Of a stretch of DNA of 64,000 nucleotides, positions 28,157 to 37,935 are shown piece after piece. Both the position numbers and the translations under genes were made by a program. Numbering within the stretch: position 1 is the first letter of the stretch; each line of letters begins with the position of its first letter. The stretch lies in NCBI GenBank assembly GCA_018093385.1, contig GCA_018093385.1_4808.1. One strand, 5' to 3'. This DNA is from a phage. The notes beneath the pieces were generated by a model that had not been told where the DNA came from, searched no databases, and worked only from the letters and a program-made list of their open reading frames with translations.

Positions 28157-30895
28157 ATGCAAAAGTTTGACACAAACCTGTTGCAAAACCTTAAGTGGAT
28201 GCAGAACAATGCACCAAACATTACGTCTTTGGTGCAAAAGAAAAGTGACTGGTATGAAAGATACCAAGATCAGTTTTGGGCTGACTGGTACAATAACATT
28301 TTTAACATTGACACTTGTGATGCAATGGGCATTTATATTTGGTGCGACATTCTTTGCATACCAAGAGACTTTGTGGACTTAAGCAATTATGAGCACAACT
28401 GGGCGTTTGGACCGACGCGCGACAACTTTGAAGGTGCGGACAACATCGGCGGCAACTTCTTTGGTGCTGGCGGGAAGGTTGTCAAGAATATCGAAGAAGC
28501 GCGCATACTTCTTAAGCTTCGTTATCTGACGCTTACAAGTGATGGCCGCATCGAAAGTATCAACCGCATGCTTAAGTGGATTTTCAACCGTGGAGAGGCT
28601 TGGGATTACTCTTCATCACGCTACGCATATGTGACCGACAATACTCAAGGCGCGGTGTCTTCGTCTGAATCAACCAATGGCTCATTCCTTCTGTACGACT
28701 GGCAAGGGTCAACTGAGATTCAGCATGATTATAAGCAGATACTTTTAAGCCATGGCAACAACGCCGGACTGACCATCAGCGGAGTGTCAGGCACCGTGTC
28801 ACGGATGGCGCACCCAGATTGGTACTCATGGGGAAATGGTTCCGGCACAGGGCTTGTCGGCGGCGACACCAGACAGTATGGTGGGCCTGATTACTATGGG
28901 CAGTTGTGTGGTGATTACCCAGGCGAGGCCATAGAGAATTTTGCCAACGCAGTAAGGGTCATCAAGACGGCTTCAAGCGGTGAGCCTGTGTATTCTTTGG
29001 CCAATAATCCAAGTGCCAAATCAATTTCGCTTCCTTCGCAGGCTGGCGTCAACGTTTGCTATAGCTTCTACATAAAGGTGCTTTCTGAAAACGTCGCTTC
29101 TGTTTCTGTTACAGAGAATAGTGATGCATCGAGTAATGGAAAGCTGTTTGACCCCGTCACTGGCCAGTTCAACTTGGACCCGTCATTGAGCTATTTCATC
29201 AAAGGCAAATTCGATGGAGTAAGAAGGGAATCAAACCGTGGTGGCATAAAAGCAATTGGCGGCGATTGGTATCGAATCTGGATTGTAGAGCAGACGGCAA
29301 CCGCTGCTTCTGGAGTAAGTACCAGCTTTTCAATAGAGTTGAAGGCGACTGCCGCTGGATCAACTCAAACTCGTGAATTGCCTGAAGGGTCTGATGCTCT
29401 TTTGTTTGGATACTCGATTTGCGTCTGCGACCCTGTTCAGAATCCAAATGGACCTGAGCCTTATTTTTATGGAACGCAAAACCCTCCTTCTGACGGAACA
29501 GCAATCCTGTCTGTAACGGCGGGAACACTCAATAACATCTCCTGTGCAAACGGACCGCTGACGACAAGAAACGGTGTAGTTGGCGAGTCATTCATGCAAC
29601 CTGGCTCATCACTTGCATACTCTGGCTCAATCGGCGGCCACCCGTACCCAGGGAACGCCACGCTGATTGCAGAGACTGATGGAATCAGACGCTCATGGAA
29701 CGTTAGCAGGCTGGATGGAGTACCGCCGCCGCCGACCGCCGACTATTACATGGAATACGTCATCGGACCTTATTTCGCCAACAACCTGTCTGACAACTTT
29801 AAGACGCTAGTTGGTGACAGGAATGAAGGATTCTTGCCAGCAAATGCCGGAATACGCTGGCAGCTTTACCAAGAAGTCGCAGACTTATCTGATATTGATT
29901 TGACTGTCAGCGACATAACAGACACGCGCGTAGGATTTGAAACGGAAGGTGTTGCGTGGATTAACACTGACGGTATCATCAGAGTTGGCGGCATCAACGA
30001 GTGGCCGCTGAACAACTTCAACGGTGTGATACGCCAGCTTGAATCTTTGAAAGGTGTAAACCAGGTCGTCGACGGCGCGCTTGTCAACGACTATTCAATC
30101 TCAAAAGCATCAAGAGATGACTTTGGTCGTGAAATACCACGCGCGGCAATCACTAACTATTGGCGCTACACACAGCCAAATGACGGTACATCTTTTGGCA
30201 ATATCATTGAGGATGGCGCAAACACTGTCACAGCGACGCCAATCAGCGGTGTGCCCAACCAGTTCCCATCATTCAAGCTTTCCGCTACAATAGGGACTGT
30301 GCCAACGTCCGGTTATGCACGCGCTGTACTTGCTACTAAATACACTGGCACCCTGACTGGCCCTTTGTCATTTATCGCAATAGTCAAAAACAACACGGTT
30401 AACGGTCAAAAACTTTTTGTAACTGTACCGGATGGGATGGGTGGCTATATCCCTAAATTCTACAACATAGGCGCAGGTGATTTGCAACGTATCGAAATTG
30501 ACCTTGCCGCTGAGATTGTTGAAGGCGCTACCTGGGATGGATCAACAGGCGGCATCAGCATCGGTTTGATATCAGGGAAAGACTTGCCGACCGAAGTTGG
30601 TACGACTCTTGAACTTGATATTTTAAGCTTGATGCTTGTGTCTGGTAGTACGATGAATGCGCTTGCAATTTCAACAAGCGAAGATTTCGCAAAGAAAACT
30701 GCGACTTCTATATACATCAAAAACCCAGGATCACTTGCCACTGGAGTTCAATTGATTGCTTCTAATGGTGATGTTGTAGCAACAGTAAACTTTCCGAGAA
30801 GTGCTGCTGGCGGTTATGTTTCAAGCATGAACATAACTGACTTAACTGGTGATTGGGCATCGACCCTTTTATCAAAAATTAAATACATCGTGTAG
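28157..30895 (+). CDS. large baseplate/tail fibre-associated structural protein
   Basis: 912 aa between baseplate J-like gene and tail fibre gene. Confidence 0.45.
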   Translation: MQKFDTNLLQNLKWMQNNAPNITSLVQKKSDWYERYQDQFWADWYNNIFNIDTCDAMGIYIWCDILCIPRDFVDLSNYEHNWAFGPTRDNFEGADNIGGNFFGAGGKVVKNIEEARILLKLRYLTLTSDGRIESINRMLKWIFNRGEAWDYSSSRYAYVTDNTQGAVSSSESTNGSFLLYDWQGSTEIQHDYKQILLSHGNNAGLTISGVSGTVSRMAHPDWYSWGNGSGTGLVGGDTRQYGGPDYYGQLCGDYPGEAIENFANAVRVIKTASSGEPVYSLANNPSAKSISLPSQAGVNVCYSFYIKVLSENVASVSVTENSDASSNGKLFDPVTGQFNLDPSLSYFIKGKFDGVRRESNRGGIKAIGGDWYRIWIVEQTATAASGVSTSFSIELKATAAGSTQTRELPEGSDALLFGYSICVCDPVQNPNGPEPYFYGTQNPPSDGTAILSVTAGTLNNISCANGPLTTRNGVVGESFMQPGSSLAYSGSIGGHPYPGNATLIAETDGIRRSWNVSRLDGVPPPPTADYYMEYVIGPYFANNLSDNFKTLVGDRNEGFLPANAGIRWQLYQEVADLSDIDLTVSDITDTRVGFETEGVAWINTDGIIRVGGINEWPLNNFNGVIRQLESLKGVNQVVDGALVNDYSISKASRDDFGREIPRAAITNYWRYTQPNDGTSFGNIIEDGANTVTATPISGVPNQFPSFKLSATIGTVPTSGYARAVLATKYTGTLTGPLSFIAIVKNNTVNGQKLFVTVPDGMGGYIPKFYNIGAGDLQRIEIDLAAEIVEGATWDGSTGGISIGLISGKDLPTEVGTTLELDILSLMLVSGSTMNALAISTSEDFAKKTATSIYIKNPGSLATGVQLIASNGDVVATVNFPRSAAGGYVSSMNITDLTGDWASTLLSKIKYIV

Positions 30896-30905
30896 AGGAA
30901 CGGCA

Positions 30906-32693
30906 ATGCCAACACTTATTAACAGACCTTTCGCGCAAAGCGGTGATGTATCCGTGGTGCCGGATGCAAGTCCAAGCGGTTATGTGAACTTCCAGCGCGG
31001 CTACACCCCTGACTATGCACTTGCGCTAGAAGCCGGAAACGTAGCCGCGAAAGCAGTTGAACGTGAGTCGATGAACTGGTTGCTGAATCTGATCACCGAC
31101 AACCTTATGTTCATACAGGACCACGGCGCTCAACAGTATTTCTCGTCTGACTTGAAGCCAGATGGATACCCGAAAAATGCCATCGTTGTCAGCAACTCTG
31201 GCACCCCTTCAGCGCCTGAATGGCGCATTTTCCAGAGTGTGGTAGACGGCAACACCAGCGCAGTCCCAGCTAACGGCGAAACGGAATCTTGGCAGGAATT
31301 GACGCTGCCTAGCGAAGCGAGAAAATATATTCCTATGCCTGCTGGCGGCGATGCGCAAAACCCGTATTTTGTTCGCGGACTGATTTCAAACTTTGTGGAC
31401 TTTGATAATATCACGACTTCCACAACTATTGTCATTCAATCTGATGCCGTTGCCGCTCTCTGCTCTAACATCCCGAATGCGGTTGGTGCGACGAAGGTTG
31501 CAGGACGTCTCCAGGTTTGCGCTTGGCAGGTTGATGCGCAGACTTTCGCCCTGCAACAATACACGTCAATGAACGGATATGTTTTCACCCGCTCTTATAC
31601 GTCTGGTGCTTGGAGTGCTTGGATTCAAAATGCAACTGTTCAAGACGTGCAAATCGGCACGCCGAATCTTGCATCAGGTAAAGGCGCACAAGATATAATC
31701 CTTACCGTTCCGGCAGGTTATGCATGGCCGCCGTCAGCAGGTAGTCGCCTGACAATTGTCAATGATGTAACGACTACCGGACCTGTTACCGTGACCATTG
31801 GTGCAAACAAAGTTGCAGTCCTTGGATTCGACGGCGGCGAGCTGCCAGCAGGGTCCATCGTCGGCCTTCTTCCTTTTACTATTATTTATGACGGCACCGT
31901 TTGGCGTCTTCTTCAAGCATTCGGCGCGGCGCAAATCGGTGTCGATGCTAGTGAGCCGCAACAGTTTGTTACAAAGCGCCAACTCGATGCTTTGGCCGCG
32001 AAGTTGATCACTATGGGTGATGTGTTCGAAGTCGGTGAGACTCGATTCTTGACTAATGGCACCAACCCAAATACTAAACTGGGCGCTTACGGTCAGGTAT
32101 GGACCAGATTGCCTGATAACATGGTCATCAGGACGTCTGGCACGGCAAGAAACGGTCTTGACACTGGAGGTGCAGACTCTGTTACTCTTACTGCCGCCAT
32201 GCTTCCTCTGCACAATCACAGCGTTAACATAACTACGCGACAAAGTGGTCCATGGTCCAATACCACTGGAGACGCAGGCAACCATAACCACACAGGCGAT
32301 ACCAGTCAAAACGGTGCTCACGTGCACGGAATGGATTCGGCAGGCAACCACCACCATGACAGTAGCTGGGGTGAGGCGAATACGAATGATGCGCGGTATG
32401 GCGTGTATGATGGGACGCACAACAACTTCGGAAGTCGAAAGGGCGGCGACTGGGACAACTATAAATACAACACCTCAACTAACGGCAACCACGTTCACAA
32501 TATTCAATCTTCTGGGTCACACACTCATGGGTTGAATATAAATTACGCTGGCAATCACAGCCATGGATATACCCTCCCCGCTCACACTCACGATGTGGTC
32601 GGTAACACTGGCGATGCAGGGCAGTCCGTCCCAACGGCTGTTTCAACTCTGCCGCGATATGTCGTCTTGAACGGCTGGTACAGAAGCGCATAA
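30906..32693 (+). CDS. tail fibre protein with His-rich C-terminal region
   Basis: N-terminus MPTLINRPFAQSGD typical of tail fibre N-domains; C-terminus has repeated H-x-H units (NHNHTGD, HVHGMD, NHHHDSS, HVHNIQ, HTHGLN, HSHGYT, HTHDVV). Confidence 0.6.
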   Translation: MPTLINRPFAQSGDVSVVPDASPSGYVNFQRGYTPDYALALEAGNVAAKAVERESMNWLLNLITDNLMFIQDHGAQQYFSSDLKPDGYPKNAIVVSNSGTPSAPEWRIFQSVVDGNTSAVPANGETESWQELTLPSEARKYIPMPAGGDAQNPYFVRGLISNFVDFDNITTSTTIVIQSDAVAALCSNIPNAVGATKVAGRLQVCAWQVDAQTFALQQYTSMNGYVFTRSYTSGAWSAWIQNATVQDVQIGTPNLASGKGAQDIILTVPAGYAWPPSAGSRLTIVNDVTTTGPVTVTIGANKVAVLGFDGGELPAGSIVGLLPFTIIYDGTVWRLLQAFGAAQIGVDASEPQQFVTKRQLDALAAKLITMGDVFEVGETRFLTNGTNPNTKLGAYGQVWTRLPDNMVIRTSGTARNGLDTGGADSVTLTAAMLPLHNHSVNITTRQSGPWSNTTGDAGNHNHTGDTSQNGAHVHGMDSAGNHHHDSSWGEANTNDARYGVYDGTHNNFGSRKGGDWDNYKYNTSTNGNHVHNIQSSGSHTHGLNINYAGNHSHGYTLPAHTHDVVGNTGDAGQSVPTAVSTLPRYVVLNGWYRSA

Positions 32694-32701
32694 GGTGATT
32701 T

Positions 32702-33346
32702 ATGATTAATGCAAACGTAATATCTAAAGGGACCGGATGCAGCATGGATGTTGCTGAAAAATGGGTCGACCCCTTCAAGCAGGCTTGTGAGCACTACGGA
32801 ATCAAAAGCAAGAATGCCATCGCGGCGCTGCTTGCAAACGTAGGAGTGGAAACAGGCAGTCTGAAGACCTTTGTGGAAAACCTGAATTATTCCGCTCAAG
32901 GTCTTGCTAATACGTGGCCTAGCCGTTACAGCGCCAGCGGTCGTTTCGGTGGCGCACCAAACTCCTTGGCATTGTCGATTGCCCGTAAACCAATGGAAAT
33001 CGCCAATAATACATATGCAAACCGAATGGGAAATGGTTCGGTAGCATCTGGCGACGGTTGGAAGTACCGTGGCCGTGGTGCCATTCAGCTGACTGGAAAG
33101 GACAACTATGCAGAGTATTCAAAGCAATCAGGGTATGACGCATTGAATAACCCTGACATTTTGACTGAGCCGAAATACATTGCTGACAGCGCGGCATGGT
33201 TCTTCAAGAACAGCGGTTGCATTCCACTTGCCGATGCGGGCGCATTTGATTCGACCGTGAAGCGGATTAACGGGGCCGCGCCAAATACGGCTAACCATGG
33301 GGATTTGCGACGGAAGCGTTACAAGGGAGCACTAGCAGTTATGTAA
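32702..33346 (+). CDS. endolysin, glycoside hydrolase family 19-like
   Basis: YRGRGAIQLTGKDNYAEY motif characteristic of GH19; RBS AAGGTGA. Confidence 0.75.
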   Translation: MINANVISKGTGCSMDVAEKWVDPFKQACEHYGIKSKNAIAALLANVGVETGSLKTFVENLNYSAQGLANTWPSRYSASGRFGGAPNSLALSIARKPMEIANNTYANRMGNGSVASGDGWKYRGRGAIQLTGKDNYAEYSKQSGYDALNNPDILTEPKYIADSAAWFFKNSGCIPLADAGAFDSTVKRINGAAPNTANHGDLRRKRYKGALAVM

Positions 33347-33380
33347 GAAAAAGGCCCATATGGGCCTTTGTTTATTTTAC
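33346..33380. terminator. bidirectional rho-independent terminator
   Basis: GGCCCATATGGGCC hairpin flanked by A-run and TTTGTTTATTTT between convergent genes. Confidence 0.65.
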
Positions 33381-33602
33381 GGCTTCAACCTGGACGGGCG
33401 GCGCGGAACTTGTATCAATGTCTGGCAAGTCGAAGTAATACCCCGCCATGCCAATCACGCCAACAATCGCGGCCCGTGCCACCTTGTTGCTAATTGACTC
33501 CCCAATAAGCTTTACCAACAGGGACAAGATTTGAGACGTCAAAGCCTTTTTCAGCCTTTTGTTTTCTTCCAAATCTTTCTGCATAACTACCACCCATGTC
33601 AA
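33372..33602 (-). CDS. small membrane protein (holin candidate, unproven)
   Basis: 76 aa with one hydrophobic helix (AAIVGVIGMAGYYF); adjacent and convergent to endolysin. Confidence 0.35.
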   Translation of the reverse strand: MTWVVVMQKDLEENKRLKKALTSQILSLLVKLIGESISNKVARAAIVGVIGMAGYYFDLPDIDTSSAPPVQVEAVK

Positions 33603-34141
33603 CGCACATCCTGTGTCTTAACATTACCTGAAGCATCTCTTAAGGGCAGTGGATAGTAGGCCATTTGGTAGTCTGATACGCCTTCAACATGATAAAACAC
33701 GATTACGTCTTTGCTGTTGATGAGCATGTTAACGACATCTGATTTATCTTCTGGAGTGAGTATGAGTGCGCCGCCTGTCCTGCTGTCTACTGCAACAGGG
33801 TATGTCTTGTCGACAAGGCCGCTGTCCAATGTATTATACCTGACAACGATTTCAGGGGCATCAACTTTTGCAATTGACATTCCGAACACAAACGACACGA
33901 CTTGGCGACCGCGATCATTCATTACGCACATCTTTTCCTTGTCAAACCTTTCCTTTATCACATCGTATTTGTTCCAGCAAAATTCGAACGATTGACCGTT
34001 GTTAAAATATCTCGTTAACACTTTGGCATTACTATTTGGCGGCGTAAACATACTTTCAGCCGCTGCACTTTTGGTGAAGAACAAAACTGTCAGCATAGCC
34101 ATGATGATGATCAAAACGATCTTTAAATTTTTCGATTTCAT
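33599..34141 (-). CDS. secreted/periplasmic protein
   Basis: N-terminal signal peptide-like MKSKNLKIVLIIIMAMLTVLFFTKSAAA. Confidence 0.5.
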   Translation of the reverse strand: MKSKNLKIVLIIIMAMLTVLFFTKSAAAESMFTPPNSNAKVLTRYFNNGQSFEFCWNKYDVIKERFDKEKMCVMNDRGRQVVSFVFGMSIAKVDAPEIVVRYNTLDSGLVDKTYPVAVDSRTGGALILTPEDKSDVVNMLINSKDVIVFYHVEGVSDYQMAYYPLPLRDASGNVKTQDVR

Positions 34142-34219
34142 TATAATTCACCTTTTGATTACGAATATTAATAGTATAGGCCGAAGGTTTTGAAAGTAAA
34201 TAAGGCGAAAGGTAAATAA

Positions 34220-34247
34220 AAGAAAAGCCGGAGATTTCCGGCTTTAT
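34220..34247. terminator. rho-independent terminator (bidirectional)
   Basis: GCCGGAGATTTCCGGC hairpin flanked by A-run and T-run. Confidence 0.6.
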
Positions 34248-34317
34248 GTATACACTGTATGTTAAATTCTATAAAACGACGCGATAGATTATCCGCACCA
34301 ATTATTTATCTAGTGTC

Positions 34318-35295
34318 TTAAAAATACTCCATATCGGTAATATCACGGAAGCATTTATACAAAGCAGAGCGCGGCACATCAACAATGCCAAAGTTAAAGA
34401 ATTTATACGTTAGATATTTATCGCGATAGTTCTCGCGATTCTCCCAAAGCATTTTTCTCTCTGCCATAGGCATTGAACCAGCGGATACGCGGAAAGGAAT
34501 CATCTCACCTTTTTCATCCACATATTTTGGATTGACGACTACGAATGAGCCAAGGTGTCCTTTCGCAACTAAACCTTCAGCCTCTTTTGAACGCTTGGTG
34601 CGACCCAATTCGTCAATGAATGCTTCGTTGTTGTTCTCCATCATCTCAACGAAGTCTATGATCAATCCTTCTTCATCGGTCCACGGCTTGTCCTTCCACA
34701 CATCACGTGACTTCGGCGTCGCGCGGCCATGCTTGTATTTGCCCGTCCAAGACTTGCCATACAAGCCTTCATATCCAAGCTGGTCTGCTTCGATTTGCAT
34801 CGCCGCGTACTGTTCCATATTTTCGATGTTTCGATATTCGAGAGCGCGAAGGAATGGGCGTCGACCATGGTTGATGAGATGTTGATTAACTTCAGCAACT
34901 CTAGCTCGATAGTTTGCATAACGCTTTTCAAAAGGCAGATCAGGTTCGCTAAAGTCATCAAACACCCACCATGTAAAGTTAGTGATTGCATCAGTGTTCA
35001 TGCATGCAGTATAGGCCTGTTGCATGACGTTCTTGTCATTTGGATTGCCGTCGATTAGCTCTCCATCAAGTCCGTGAATTAATTCACCCAAGAAGAGGAA
35101 CTCTTTTTTGATTTGAATGTTGCGCAGCGCCATGCCGGACGTGCCCATTGGCAAGTTGTCATACGCCATTGCGCGTATGCCATCGACCTTGAATGACAAT
35201 CCGCAAGGCAGCGGCACGTCTTCGCCGCGCTCGATTATTTGCTTACGCTGGCAACCCTTCATTGGTTTTAATGCTTTGATTTCTCCTGCCATCAC
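34318..35295 (-). CDS. ATP-dependent DNA ligase
   Basis: Adenylation motif I FKVDGIRA (K-x-D-G-x-R); 325 aa. Confidence 0.8.
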   Translation of the reverse strand: MMAGEIKALKPMKGCQRKQIIERGEDVPLPCGLSFKVDGIRAMAYDNLPMGTSGMALRNIQIKKEFLFLGELIHGLDGELIDGNPNDKNVMQQAYTACMNTDAITNFTWWVFDDFSEPDLPFEKRYANYRARVAEVNQHLINHGRRPFLRALEYRNIENMEQYAAMQIEADQLGYEGLYGKSWTGKYKHGRATPKSRDVWKDKPWTDEEGLIIDFVEMMENNNEAFIDELGRTKRSKEAEGLVAKGHLGSFVVVNPKYVDEKGEMIPFRVSAGSMPMAERKMLWENRENYRDKYLTYKFFNFGIVDVPRSALYKCFRDITDMEYF

Positions 35296-35885
35296 TCAAA
35301 CTCCTTATTCATCACTTGTTCCAGCGCATAGGCGTAAGCCTGATCAGTCGATTTGATAAACGTGCCGTTGTACATGACGCCTTTGCGGTCTTTGATGTCT
35401 TCGTAGGCAGCTTGCGCACAGTCGGATAAGCGAAGGCCATAATCATGAGCTACGCCGGAAAGGTAATCGACTGCGGCCATGATGGTGACGTCAATATCCA
35501 TGGTTTGATTCTTGGCAATAGCATCACCAAGTCGTCCAAGGGTCTTTGCCAGGCGAAGGATAAATGAATGAGGGTGAGCGCCTTTATCAGCGCAACCGCC
35601 GCCATTAATGTTTTCGATTTCAGCACCGTTTTGCGCTGCCAGGATGGTCAACACGACAAGGCAATCGCCAATGTCGTCCTTAATTGCGGCTTGCAAGTCA
35701 CAGATGGCCTGCTCTGTATATCCAATTTCGGGGTCGAAGAACACAAGGTCATGGAGTTGATCAACGTGGTCGGTCAACTCCCCAAACTCGCTGATAAGCT
35801 TCGGGTATTGGTCCTTAAGGTCGCAACCTTGGATGATGTTACGGTCAGAAGCCCACTGGCGAATGTTTGCATAAATCTGGTTCAT
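35292..35885 (-). CDS. MazG-like nucleotide pyrophosphohydrolase
   Basis: KLISEFGELTDHV and IGDCLVVLTILAAQNG resemble the MazG EExxE / GD-x-L helix motifs. Confidence 0.45.
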   Translation of the reverse strand: MNQIYANIRQWASDRNIIQGCDLKDQYPKLISEFGELTDHVDQLHDLVFFDPEIGYTEQAICDLQAAIKDDIGDCLVVLTILAAQNGAEIENINGGGCADKGAHPHSFILRLAKTLGRLGDAIAKNQTMDIDVTIMAAVDYLSGVAHDYGLRLSDCAQAAYEDIKDRKGVMYNGTFIKSTDQAYAYALEQVMNKEFE

Positions 35886-36400
35886 TTATTTTCCTTTGAT
35901 GCATTGAATTGATCGATTTTTATTTTAGCCTGATTATAAGTATCAATCAAGCTATTAACTTTCTCTTTTAATCGGCTTGTTTCTGCGGCGAACTGAACAA
36001 GAAATCTGACATCTCCTTCTGATAGTCCACAGTTTCCTTCTGGGATAGAGAGGCGTCCAGTGGTCGCAGAGTCGGGCATACTCCTGAGTAACTCACGGGA
36101 GCAGCTGAGTTGCGCGCGCAGCTTGATATTCCCAGACTTGTAACGAGCAATAGTGTCATCAGCAACCAGTTGCGCTTCCTGGCGACCTTTCTCATATGCC
36201 GATGCCGATTCAACCTGTAAAGATGCAATTTGCTCTTCGAGTGCATTTATCTTGTCCTTACGCTCATTCAGCGATGTCAGATATTGGTTATCCTTGGCCA
36301 GTGATGCGTTGGTTTGCTGCAGGTCTTCAACGTATGATCCAGCGGCAAACGCGCCAACAAGGGCCAGAATCTTCAGGAGCGGTACAATTCTTTCTATCAT
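35882..36400 (-). CDS. i-spanin (Rz-like)
   Basis: N-terminal TM helix (IVPLLKILALVGAFAAGSYV) followed by coiled-coil-rich periplasmic domain; contains an embedded lipoprotein ORF. Confidence 0.5.
   Translation of the reverse strand: MIERIVPLLKILALVGAFAAGSYVEDLQQTNASLAKDNQYLTSLNERKDKINALEEQIASLQVESASAYEKGRQEAQLVADDTIARYKSGNIKLRAQLSCSRELLRSMPDSATTGRLSIPEGNCGLSEGDVRFLVQFAAETSRLKEKVNSLIDTYNQAKIKIDQFNASKENK
35968..36195 (-). CDS. o-spanin (Rz1-like) embedded in i-spanin gene
   Basis: Alternative frame entirely within 35882-36400; MRKVARKRNWLLMTLLLVTSLGISSC lipoprotein signal with lipobox; Pro-containing short mature part with a second Cys. Confidence 0.5.
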   Translation of the reverse strand: MRKVARKRNWLLMTLLLVTSLGISSCARNSAAPVSYSGVCPTLRPLDASLSQKETVDYQKEMSDFLFSSPQKQAD

Positions 36401-36410
36401 GATGCACCAG

Positions 36411-36440
36411 ATAAATAAAAGGCCGCCAATCGGCAGCCTT
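36411..36440 (-). terminator. rho-independent terminator
   Basis: Minus-strand hairpin GGCUGCC-GAUU-GGCGGCC followed by U-run. Confidence 0.5.
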
Positions 36441-36457
36441 GTTGATTTGATTGTCGA

Positions 36458-37318
36458 TTAAAACTCTTCTGCGTCGGCAGGAGTTTCATTGACAGGACCA
36501 GCGGCACCGCTTGCTTCTTCCTGCTTGCTGCGGTCGATGTTAACGTTGCCGCCCACTACGTCATTGTGGAATGCCTTGGCGACTTCGTACAGACCTTTGT
36601 CCTGCACCAGACCTTCCAGCTCAAACTTCAGAACGGACCAGGTGTTGCCGTCTTTGGACTGGGATGCAGTACCCATGCGAACGATGTTCATAAAGGTCGG
36701 CGGCGTTTTCAAACCTTGCGGAGTTTGAACTTTCTTCTGCTGCAGCGCGGTCATCAGCATACGAGACGGCTTGATCATCGAAGAAGTCAAAGACAGCATG
36801 GCGCTGCCAAATTCACCCGTTTCTTCGTTCAACAGAATCACGAAGTGGTTACGTGTATCTGCATAGTAAGGAGATTTCTTCTCGTGCACTTTGCCGTTTT
36901 CGTCCGGCACAAATACCTTACCGTTGATCTCAACAGCGCGGCCTGCCGCGACTTCTGCATCAACGTGCTCTTTGGTGAATTCACCTTTAAAGCCTTTGTC
37001 GTCGGACTCGCGACCGCCCCAAAGAATGAAGGTACGTTTGAATGCGCAAGGGATGATCTGCACGCCTTTCTTACCGTCATACAACTCACCAGTAACGGTG
37101 TTGTAAAGCATGCCAGCTTTTGCGCCAGGAACGTGTTTTGGATCATCTTCGTCGACCATAGGAGACATCTTCTGCAGTACGACGATAAAAGGAATGGCAT
37201 ATGCATCGGCATCGGCACCTTCAAAACCAGCGCCAAAATCGGTCATGTCGACAAAATCAGCCATAGCGGACATCTGGGTGTTTTTCACTGCAACTTCGGT
37301 AGTTTCTTTCTTAGACAT
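36458..37318 (-). CDS. putative ssDNA-binding protein (T7 gp2.5-like)
   Basis: Acidic C-terminal tail ending in Phe (ETPADAEEF); location in replication operon. Confidence 0.4.
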   Translation of the reverse strand: MSKKETTEVAVKNTQMSAMADFVDMTDFGAGFEGADADAYAIPFIVVLQKMSPMVDEDDPKHVPGAKAGMLYNTVTGELYDGKKGVQIIPCAFKRTFILWGGRESDDKGFKGEFTKEHVDAEVAAGRAVEINGKVFVPDENGKVHEKKSPYYADTRNHFVILLNEETGEFGSAMLSLTSSMIKPSRMLMTALQQKKVQTPQGLKTPPTFMNIVRMGTASQSKDGNTWSVLKFELEGLVQDKGLYEVAKAFHNDVVGGNVNIDRSKQEEASGAAGPVNETPADAEEF

Positions 37319-37377
37319 TTGATATTTTCCTATAGTATCAAGTTTCGTGGCAACCTGATTTCAAGATAAAGGTTAAA

Positions 37378-37935
37378 TTACTTTTTGCTTTTAGGCAAGG
37401 TTATTTTAGCTTCTTTGTATTCAAAAACGCTAATATCTTCACTAACTGGATTGCCTGCTTCCAGCTGTTCTTTTACAAATGACTTCAGTGTAGCAGAATG
37501 AACGCCTTGTTTCAATGTGGCTTCAACACCATCTTCACGCAGCGCGGCAACAATCTCTTGCGCCTGTTCGATTTCTTCGCGACCGAACTCAGCCGTGACG
37601 CTGGACTTGATCAGGCCGCCGTAACCGTTGTTGACAAGCCAATCGAAAACTTTTAATTCGTTTTCTTTCTTGATCGAAGCATTCACCTTGGACTCGACCT
37701 TGATTTTGGTCTTGTCCTCAAGCTTGATCTCAGACACGCCAAGCTCATCCATAACGCCAGGAAGCAGAACAGTTTTGATTTCACTGATTCGCTGCTTTTG
37801 CATATCAGCTTCATCTTCAAGCTCTGTCAAAGCTTCTTGGCGTTCTGCCAGTTCAGATACTAAGCGCGCAAGGCGCTCTTGAATGCTCTCAGGAGCGACC
37901 TGCGGCAAATCATCTTCCCAATTAATATTGCTCAT
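37378..37935 (-). CDS. hypothetical protein, coiled-coil N-terminus
   Basis: ORF in track; possibly recombination-associated, not assignable. Confidence 0.4.
   Translation of the reverse strand: MSNINWEDDLPQVAPESIQERLARLVSELAERQEALTELEDEADMQKQRISEIKTVLLPGVMDELGVSEIKLEDKTKIKVESKVNASIKKENELKVFDWLVNNGYGGLIKSSVTAEFGREEIEQAQEIVAALREDGVEATLKQGVHSATLKSFVKEQLEAGNPVSEDISVFEYKEAKITLPKSKK

Noticed and set aside
31734-32420. 228-aa minus-strand ORF
   Set aside because: Antisense within the His-rich tail fibre gene; Cys/His-rich composition mirrors the sense-strand repeats.
33372-33602. Confident holin assignment
   Set aside because: Only one hydrophobic helix and convergent orientation to the endolysin; evidence insufficient, kept as low-confidence candidate.
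36566-37369. 267-aa plus-strand ORF
   Set aside because: Lies entirely antisense within the SSB-like gene (36458-37318); composition looks like a shadow frame and it has no RBS context.
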